Shown here piece after piece: positions 49,290-56,064 of a stretch of 64,000 nt of DNA. Both the position numbers and the translations under genes were made by a program. The number at the start of each line of letters is the position of its first letter. The first letter of the stretch is position 1. This DNA is from an uncultured Lachnospiraceae bacterium (GTDB lineage: Bacteria; Bacillota; Clostridia; Lachnospirales; Lachnospiraceae): the NCBI GenBank assembly GCA_902789555.1, contig CADAOF010000007.1, positions 12,014 to 76,013 of the forward strand, given 5' to 3'. The notes under the pieces were generated by a model. It did not search any database, was not told the origin of the DNA, and saw only the letters and a list, made by a program, of their open reading frames with translations.

Positions 49290-49485
49290 CTCCTTGGGGG
49301 CTGCGGAAGGTCAGCCGCAGCGTTTTTGCTTTCTGTTTAAAGAATATCACGGCGGTACGCCGGGAGCAAACTGCATTTTTCTTTTATGTTTGCAAGAAAA
49401 AACTTTCATTCAGTCTTGAATGAAAGAGGCAAAGATGATATGGTATCCTTAAAATGCAAAATTATAATTTCACGGGAGGACCGTC

Positions 49486-50451
49486 ATGAACCAGCGTTTC
49501 GAAGCTTTCCTGGCTGTCGCGGAGTTGAAGAGCATCCGTAAGGCAGCGGAGCAGCAGTGCGTATCCTATCAGTGCATCAGCGGCCACATCCGCAGTCTGG
49601 AGGAGGAATACCGCACGCGGCTCTTTGAGCGCCGCCCGAGCTTCCGCCTGACCGAAAGCGGGCAGATCCTCGTCGAATCGCTGCAGAAGATCCGCCTGAT
49701 CGAGCAAGGCATCGGCGAGGCGCTGGATGACCGCGGCACGGCGGTCGTGGGGCATGTGAAGATCGGCGTCCCTTTTTCACGCTATACGGAACTCGTGCCG
49801 CCCATTCTTGCCCGCTTCAAGCGCGAGTATCCCAATGTGGAACTGGAGATCAGCGGCGAGTTTTCCGACGTTCTGGAGCAGCAGGTCGAACGAGGACTTC
49901 TGGACATGGCTCTTGTCGTGCAGCAGGCGGAAAGCAGTGAGAAACTTGAGCGGAAAACGCTGCTGCAGGAGCGTTACTGTTTCCTGCTGTCACGGCCTCT
50001 TTTGGAGAACGTCATGGGAGATGAGGGGACGCCTTCGGTCAGGCGCTGGCAGGAGAGCGGGATCACACTGCGTGAGATCAGCCGTTTTCCCCTCGTCTCC
50101 GCACCGAACGGCAGCCGCCTGCGCGCGATCCTGGATACCGCCGCGCGGCAGCAGAATCTGGATTTCCGGATCGTTTTCAGTTCCAACCGGCTGGAGACCT
50201 TCGACGGGATCGCCAGGACAGACCTCGCCGGCTGCCTCCTTCCCCTGCAGATGACGGAGATCACCCGGCGTCTGGACCAGTTCCGGAAGCCCGAGAAAAA
50301 GCTCCTGATCCTGCCGGTCGACTGGGAAGGTGTCCCGGTCAATTCCGACGTGACCCTGATACGGCACAGGGAGGCGGTCTTTCCCGCCTACAAGCAGGAA
50401 CTCATGCGGATCATGGAGGAGCAGTTCCGGTCGGCCGACAGGAACGCATAA
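49486..50451 (+). CDS. LysR family transcriptional regulator
   Basis: HTH FLAVAELKSIRKAAEQQCVSYQCISGHIRSLEEEYRTRLFER. Divergent from the dehydratase operon. Confidence 0.9.
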   Translation: MNQRFEAFLAVAELKSIRKAAEQQCVSYQCISGHIRSLEEEYRTRLFERRPSFRLTESGQILVESLQKIRLIEQGIGEALDDRGTAVVGHVKIGVPFSRYTELVPPILARFKREYPNVELEISGEFSDVLEQQVERGLLDMALVVQQAESSEKLERKTLLQERYCFLLSRPLLENVMGDEGTPSVRRWQESGITLREISRFPLVSAPNGSRLRAILDTAARQQNLDFRIVFSSNRLETFDGIARTDLAGCLLPLQMTEITRRLDQFRKPEKKLLILPVDWEGVPVNSDVTLIRHREAVFPAYKQELMRIMEEQFRSADRNA

Positions 50452-50475
50452 AGGCCGGAACACAACTCACGGCAT

Positions 50476-50506
50476 AAAAAAAGAAGCCCCTGCGGGGGCT
50501 TCTCTT
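50476..50506. terminator. Bidirectional terminator between the LysR gene and yegP
   Basis: A7-GAAGCCCC-TGCG-GGGGCTTC-TCTT. Confidence 0.7.
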
Positions 50507-50516
50507 CACGTTAGGA

Positions 50517-50885
50517 TCATTCCCTGACAATGGGGGAATCCGGGGCATTGCGGCGGATGGAATCGATGCCGTTCAGGCAGGAGGCTTTGGCTTTGTAGCC
50601 TTCGCCGACCAGGATGATCTCGCCGTTGCGGGCTTTCAGACGGAAGCGGAATTCACCGGCTTTGTCCTTGTAAACTTCGAACTTCGGATTGGTGACCGGG
50701 GTGAAATCGGCAACGGTCTGATCCTCAAGCTTGGCTTCGACCGCATTCTTTCTCACGCTGGCAATGCCGTTCATGCAGCCGTCTTCCGCAGTATAGACTT
50801 CGCTGACACCGATGACTTCGCCGTTGGCCGCCTTAAGATTAAAACGAAGACCGCCTTTTGCTTCTTTAACTACGAATTTTCCCAT
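50517..50885 (-). CDS. YegP family protein (tandem DUF1508)
   Basis: Two repeats of the motif: FxLKAxNGEVIxxSExYxxxxxCxNGIxSVRxNA. Confidence 0.85.
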   Translation of the reverse strand: MGKFVVKEAKGGLRFNLKAANGEVIGVSEVYTAEDGCMNGIASVRKNAVEAKLEDQTVADFTPVTNPKFEVYKDKAGEFRFRLKARNGEIILVGEGYKAKASCLNGIDSIRRNAPDSPIVRE

Positions 50886-51064
50886 AATTGAACGCTCCTT
50901 TCAAATGGTAAATCCATCATAGTATAAATGAACACAAATGACAAGCGTTTTTTATGTAAAATTTATGTTCGTTTTCAGGAAACAGCCTTCGGAAAGACCG
51001 GCGGGGATGTCTTTACATTTAGCGAAATAATGGCTATAATTCTACTGTTTTAAGGAGGTGCCCG

Positions 51065-51919
51065 ATGGCCTGGGGAGACAGAAAAGACGGAAGACTGATG
51101 CGCGAACTCGATTCGCTGCACTATATCACGGGGATCATTTACCCGAACCGCTGCGACAACGAAGCGTTCCTGCCGCTGAAGATCGACTATACGAAAACGA
51201 ACGAATACATCAAGAAAAAGAACGCGGAGCGGCCGGAGTTCAAGTACAACCACTTTCAGATCATTGCGACCGCCGTGCTGAAACTGCTGACGCTGAAGCC
51301 GAAGATGAACCGCTTTATCGTGAACAGCAACTTTTATCAGCGGAACGAAGTCTCGACTTCCTTCGTGGTGAAGAAGAGCTATGAGGAGGACGGCGCGGAG
51401 GCGCTGGCTTTCGTCCACGCAGTGCCCGAAGATACGCTCGATACCGTCCGTGTCAAGATGAAGGAGCAGATCGATTCCTGCCGGTCTGAGGCCATTGACG
51501 AGTCTACGCAGGCCATGGATTTCCTCACGAAAATGCCCCGCTTCCTCAGCAAGTTTCTGGTACGCATCCTGATGTGGCTGGATAAGCACGGCTGGGTCCC
51601 GAAGGACATGATCGCGACCGATCCCTATTATTCAAGTGCCGTGCTGTCGAACCTCGGCTCCATCCGCATGAAGAGCGGCTACCATCACCTGACCAACTGG
51701 GGCACCTGCTCCATGATCATGCTGATCGGCGAACGGAAGAAACGGCCTTTCTTTGACCGCCTGGGAGGTTATGAGATGCGCGACTCCGTAGAGCTTGGTC
51801 TTACGATCGACGAACGCCTCGCGGACGGCTTCTACTATGCCGGCTGCGTACAGCTGCTGCAGAAACTGATCGAGAACCCGGAACTCCTCGAAGGCAGGCT
51901 GGACGAACCGGTGGCGTAA
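51065..51919 (+). CDS. Stand-alone 2-oxoacid dehydrogenase E2 / CAT-like acyltransferase catalytic-domain protein
   Basis: The C-terminal LTIDERLADGFYYAGCVQLLQKLIENPELL matches the E2 signature DHRxxDGxxxxxFxxxxxxxxExP, with Glu in place of His. No lipoyl or E1/E3-binding domains. Promoter TTTACA-17-TATAAT lies upstream. Confidence 0.6.
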   Translation: MAWGDRKDGRLMRELDSLHYITGIIYPNRCDNEAFLPLKIDYTKTNEYIKKKNAERPEFKYNHFQIIATAVLKLLTLKPKMNRFIVNSNFYQRNEVSTSFVVKKSYEEDGAEALAFVHAVPEDTLDTVRVKMKEQIDSCRSEAIDESTQAMDFLTKMPRFLSKFLVRILMWLDKHGWVPKDMIATDPYYSSAVLSNLGSIRMKSGYHHLTNWGTCSMIMLIGERKKRPFFDRLGGYEMRDSVELGLTIDERLADGFYYAGCVQLLQKLIENPELLEGRLDEPVA

Positions 51920-51934
51920 GGCAGGGCACATATG

Positions 51935-51965
51935 AAAAAGCGGTGACTGAAGTCACCGCTTTTTC
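51935..51965. terminator. Bidirectional terminator hairpin
   Basis: AAAAAGCGGTGAC-TGAA-GTCACCGCTTTTT. Confidence 0.8.
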
Positions 51966-52066
51966 TGTTTCCGCCTTATTTGTCCGACTCAGCCGACTGA
52001 AGTCGGCTTCGCCGGATAAGTTCGACAACGCACACGCAGCGCGTTTCAGGCTTGCTTAGTGCTGTC

Positions 52067-52630
52067 TTACTTAAAGTACCTGTCCAGCAGGCCCTTGAAG
52101 GCTTTGCCGTGTCTCGCTTCGTCGCGGGCCATTTCGTGGATGGCGTCGTGCAGGGCGTCGAGGTTGTACTTCTTGCAGAGCTTGGCAAGGTCGGTCTTGC
52201 CGGCGGTCGCGCCGTTTTCGGCATCTACGCGGACCTTGAGGTTCTGCTTGGTGGACTCGGAAACCATGTCGCCGAGCATTTCGCAGAAGAGGGCGGCGTG
52301 GCCGGCTTCTTCATAGGCGGCTTTCTCCCAGTACAGACCGATCTCGGGATAGCCTTCGCGGTGGGCGGCTCTCGCCATGGCCAGATACATGCCGACTTCG
52401 CTGCATTCGCCTTCGAAATTGGCTTTCAGGCCGGCCAGGATGGTCTTGCGGTCTTCTTCGGGAATGGATTCGGGCAGCTGCTTGCCGATACCGATCACGT
52501 GCTCGGCAGCCCAGGTCACTTCATCGGCAACGACGGTAAATTTGCTGCCGGGGACTTTGCAGATAGGGCAGAATTCAGGCGGGGTGTCGCCTTCGTGTAC
52601 ATAACCGCAGACGGGGCATACATACTTCAT
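52067..52630 (-). CDS. Reverse rubrerythrin (N-terminal rubredoxin-like domain plus ferritin-like diiron domain)
   Basis: N-terminal CPVCG...CPICK followed by diiron ligand motifs EGECSEVGMY..EEAGH..E..DEARH. Confidence 0.85.
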   Translation of the reverse strand: MKYVCPVCGYVHEGDTPPEFCPICKVPGSKFTVVADEVTWAAEHVIGIGKQLPESIPEEDRKTILAGLKANFEGECSEVGMYLAMARAAHREGYPEIGLYWEKAAYEEAGHAALFCEMLGDMVSESTKQNLKVRVDAENGATAGKTDLAKLCKKYNLDALHDAIHEMARDEARHGKAFKGLLDRYFK

Positions 52631-52694
52631 TTTGAATTTCCTCCATGTATTGTATTTTACGTTTTGGTGTTCAATAGGGTACCATTACACTATA

Positions 52695-53567
52695 TCAGTG
52701 AACAGGATTTCTGTCAACGGCAAAAGGGAGAGCGGCGGGACCGCGGAGGAGTTCCCGGAGATAGTTCTCCACACCGTCTTTTTCGGGCGGCGGAACGATC
52801 ACGGTCGCCTGTGCACGCGCTGCGGGATGTCCGTCTTCCGGCACCACGGAGACGCACGCGATCTTCAGCATCGTGACGTCGTTGTCATTGTCGCCGGCAC
52901 AGAGGATGTTCGCACGGGAGCATCCGAGATACTCCGCAAGCCAGAGGGCGGCTTCGCCCTTAGTGGCGCCTTCCGCCGAAACTTCAAGAGCGTTGACACC
53001 GGATTCTGCGTAGTTCATGCCGGCGCAGGAAGGCGTCTCCTGCAGGATCTTCCGGAAAGCATTGCGCTTTTCGGAATCGTTGTCGAAGAGAAGGAGCTTA
53101 TCCAGCGGTCCGCGGCGCTCGACCTGCCGCAGGAGGTCGCTACGGTTCGCGTTCTTCAGCCAGGTCTTCATGGCAACGTTGTTTTCGGCTTTCGGCTCCG
53201 GAAGGATCGTGTCGAGATAGGGCTTTCCGTGCTGATATCCGGCCGGTGCGATGCCGAAAGCCCGGGCTTTCCGGATGATCTCTCTCGCAGGCTTCGGCTG
53301 GATCCGCCGCTCCCGGAGGATGATGTCCTTCTTCAGGTCCCAGACCATGGCACCGTTGCCGGTCACGGCATAGCGCAGCCCTCTGATCCCGTACAGCGGC
53401 TTCGGAATCGTACCGATCCCGCGCCCCGTGCAGAGCACGAAAACGATGCCGGCCTCAATGAGTTCTCCGGCCAGGTCTACGGTGCCGGAAAGGTCCTTCC
53501 CCTGAAAAGGAAGGAGAGTACCGTCGATATCGCTGAAAATGATGCGGATCGTATCCAGATCGTTCAT
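52695..53567 (-). CDS. Cof-type HAD-IIB family hydrolase
   Basis: FSDIDGTLL motif, TGR, and GDNDNDVTML. Confidence 0.85.
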   Translation of the reverse strand: MNDLDTIRIIFSDIDGTLLPFQGKDLSGTVDLAGELIEAGIVFVLCTGRGIGTIPKPLYGIRGLRYAVTGNGAMVWDLKKDIILRERRIQPKPAREIIRKARAFGIAPAGYQHGKPYLDTILPEPKAENNVAMKTWLKNANRSDLLRQVERRGPLDKLLLFDNDSEKRNAFRKILQETPSCAGMNYAESGVNALEVSAEGATKGEAALWLAEYLGCSRANILCAGDNDNDVTMLKIACVSVVPEDGHPAARAQATVIVPPPEKDGVENYLRELLRGPAALPFAVDRNPVH

Positions 53568-53839
53568 GTGTCACCTCCTGGGTCCGCTCCACTATAGCAC
53601 TTTTTTTCCGGATTTTCCACGATTTTCAGTTTGACAAATCAGGGACGGAAGGGTATGCTTAAAAGGCTGAAACAACGCAATTCTGAAACGAGGAGGAAAT
53701 GTCATGGATGCAGGAAGCGGCAGCGGCAGTACAGCGGGCCGATCTACACGGAAATGTTCCTGCGGCAGCATGAGCATTTCTGTCTGAATCTGCGCCCGCC
53801 GGCTCGCTTCTCCGAAATTCGTGAAAAGGGAGGATCGAT

Positions 53840-55216
53840 ATGGCAGAGCATAACTATTCCCTTGCGGAGACTTTCAGGTCCCTGCTGAATGCAAAAAAAT
53901 ATACGTCGATCCGTGATGTTCTGGTGACGATGGAGCCCCAGGACGTAGCGGCCATTCTGGAAGAGATGGAGGAAGAAAAACTCCCTCTCTTATTCCGTCT
54001 GCTCCCGAAAGAGGAGGCGGCCGAGACCTTCGTGGAAATGGATCCCGAGCTGCAGGAACTGCTGATCAAGGGCTTTTCCGATTCCGAACTGAAGGAAGTG
54101 CTTGACGAACTCTACGTCGACGACGCCGTTGACATCGTGGAGGAGATGCCGGCCAACGTGGTCAAGCGGATCCTGATGACCGCCGATCCCACGATGCGCC
54201 GCGAGATCAACGAGATCCTGCAGTATCCGGAAAATTCCGCAGGGTCCATCATGACGACCGAGTACGTGTCCCTGCGCCCGGAAATGACGGTGGAGGAAGC
54301 GATCCTGCGCATCCGCCGCACCGGCGTCGACAAGGAGACCATATATACCTGTTACGTCACCAAGGACAGGCTCCTGCAGGGCCTGGTCACGGTCAAGGAT
54401 CTGCTGCTCGCCCCTGACGACGAGATGAAGATCAAGGACATCATGAACACCAACGTGATCACGGTAAACACCTTTACCGACCAGGAAGAAGTGGCGCACA
54501 TGCTGTCCAAATACAACCTGCTGGCACTGCCCGTCGTGGACAAGGGCGGACGCATGGTCGGTATCGTCACGTTCGACGACGCCATGGACGTTCTGGAAGA
54601 CGAGGCCACGGAAGATATCGAGATCATGGGCGGCATGACGCCCTCGGAAAAGACCTATCTCAGATCCACGCCGTTCGACCTGTTCAAGCACAGGATCCCC
54701 TGGCTGCTGCTCTTAATGGTTTCCGCGACCTTCACCGGCCTCATCATCACGCATTTCGAGGAAGCGCTGGCCACTCAGGTGGTGCTGACGGCCTTCATCC
54801 CCATGCTGATGGACACCGGCGGCAACTCGGGCTCGCAAAGCTCGGTCACGATCATCCGTGCGCTGTCGCTGGGCGAGCTGGAATTCGGTGATATCGCGAA
54901 GGTCATCGGGAAGGAAGTGACTACGGCAGCCCTCTGCGGCGGCATCCTGTCCGTTGCCTGTTTCGGTAAGATCATGCTGGTGGACCGCATGCTGCTCGGC
55001 AATACGGGCGTCACGCCCCTCGTGGCGCTCGTGGTCTGTCTCGCGCTGCTTCTGACCGTGGTGATCGCAAAGCTCGTGGGCTGCAGCCTGCCGATGCTGG
55101 CCAAGAAGCTCGGCTTTGATCCGGCGGTCATGGCCAGCCCGTTCATTACTACGATCGTCGACGCTCTGTCACTGCTCATTTATTTCTTCATCGCGACAAG
55201 GTTGCTGAGTTTTTAG
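53840..55216 (+). CDS. mgtE: Magnesium transporter MgtE
   Basis: 458 aa with an MgtE N domain, a CBS pair, and a TM domain carrying PMLMDTGGNSGSQ. Confidence 0.95.
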   Translation: MAEHNYSLAETFRSLLNAKKYTSIRDVLVTMEPQDVAAILEEMEEEKLPLLFRLLPKEEAAETFVEMDPELQELLIKGFSDSELKEVLDELYVDDAVDIVEEMPANVVKRILMTADPTMRREINEILQYPENSAGSIMTTEYVSLRPEMTVEEAILRIRRTGVDKETIYTCYVTKDRLLQGLVTVKDLLLAPDDEMKIKDIMNTNVITVNTFTDQEEVAHMLSKYNLLALPVVDKGGRMVGIVTFDDAMDVLEDEATEDIEIMGGMTPSEKTYLRSTPFDLFKHRIPWLLLLMVSATFTGLIITHFEEALATQVVLTAFIPMLMDTGGNSGSQSSVTIIRALSLGELEFGDIAKVIGKEVTTAALCGGILSVACFGKIMLVDRMLLGNTGVTPLVALVVCLALLLTVVIAKLVGCSLPMLAKKLGFDPAVMASPFITTIVDALSLLIYFFIATRLLSF

Positions 55217-55256
55217 AGACAGCGTGCTGTTACAGCAGAATGAACCTCACGCAGAC

Positions 55257-55297
55257 GAAAACGGGACGGCTTGCTTTATGCCGTGCCGTTTTTTTGT
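55257..55297. terminator. Bidirectional terminator between mgtE and comFC
   Basis: AAAACGGGACGGC-loop-GCCGTGCCGTTTTTTT. Confidence 0.7.
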
Positions 55298-55319
55298 CAG
55301 GACCGTTCCTCTGTCATTT

Positions 55320-56057
55320 TTATTCTTCGTTCATGACGACGCAGAGCGTGACGCCGTAAACGGTCCGGATCCCGGCAGATAGGAGCACGCGCGTGCAGGC
55401 TTCCAGCGTCGCGCCGGTCGTGAAGATGTCGTCGACGAGAATCACGGTCTTCAGGCCTTTCACGGAACCTTTTACGGAAAAGGCGCCGGAAAGGTTCCGG
55501 ACGCGCGCCTCCGGGCTGAGCGCCTTCTGTGCCGCGGTCTTTTTCGGGCGGAAGAGGACGTCCCGGCGGAGCGGAATCCCGGAAAGCTTCGACAGTTCCT
55601 CCGCGAGCAGTTCGGCCTGGTTGTAGCCTCGCTTCAGGAGTCTTGCGCGGTGGACCGGCACGGGGATCAGGGCGTCTGCCCGGAACGAAAGGATCTCCTC
55701 CTTCCGGAGAGCCCAGATCTCCTCCGCATACGCCCGCGCGTAGCTTTGCCGGCCGCGGTATTTGAAGCGCGCGACGCTTTCCCGGGCAGCTTCGTTGTAG
55801 CCGAAGGCAGCGATGTTCCGGCGGAAGCTCCGCTTTCTTCTGCGGCAGTCGGAACAATACTCTGCCTGCTCATCCGACAGCGCTTTTCCGCAGCCGAAGC
55901 AGAAAGGCTGGATGACGGGAACGAGCTTTTTTCGGCAGTCCGGATGGATGCTTTCCCTGTCGGAACAATAAAAAACCCCGTCGCAAACAACGCAGCGCCG
56001 GGGGTAGATACACTGTAAGAAGAAGGACCGAAAGGTCCTTTTATTCATTTTTTCCAT
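55320..56057 (-). CDS. comFC: ComF family protein (ComFC-type phosphoribosyltransferase)
   Basis: N-terminal Cys4 region (CVVCDG..CRKK..CFGCG..CSDC) and the PRTase motif ILVDDIFTTGATL. Confidence 0.85.
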   Translation of the reverse strand: MEKMNKRTFRSFFLQCIYPRRCVVCDGVFYCSDRESIHPDCRKKLVPVIQPFCFGCGKALSDEQAEYCSDCRRRKRSFRRNIAAFGYNEAARESVARFKYRGRQSYARAYAEEIWALRKEEILSFRADALIPVPVHRARLLKRGYNQAELLAEELSKLSGIPLRRDVLFRPKKTAAQKALSPEARVRNLSGAFSVKGSVKGLKTVILVDDIFTTGATLEACTRVLLSAGIRTVYGVTLCVVMNEE

Positions 56058-56064
56058 GTTTTCC

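Noticed and set aside
49303-49335. A terminator-like hairpin, GCTGCGG-loop-CCGCAGC plus a T-run on the plus strand, immediately upstream of the dehydratase gene.
   Set aside because: No plus-strand gene ends here. On the coding (minus) strand it has no U-tract and sits in the 5' UTR next to the RBS. It is most likely just UTR structure, and I cannot support a terminator call.
52631-52694. A PerR or Rex-type operator upstream of the reverse rubrerythrin gene.
   Set aside because: I could not find a convincing palindrome in the 64-nt gap (TTATAAT-N-ATTATAA or TTGTGA-N6-TCACAA type). Only a weak promoter-like sequence is present.
53631-53888. An 85-aa track ORF overlapping the mgtE leader and start.
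   Set aside because: It is Arg/Lys-rich and out of frame with mgtE, with no RBS at its start. The region is better explained as a 5' UTR, though the short uORF is noted as a finding.
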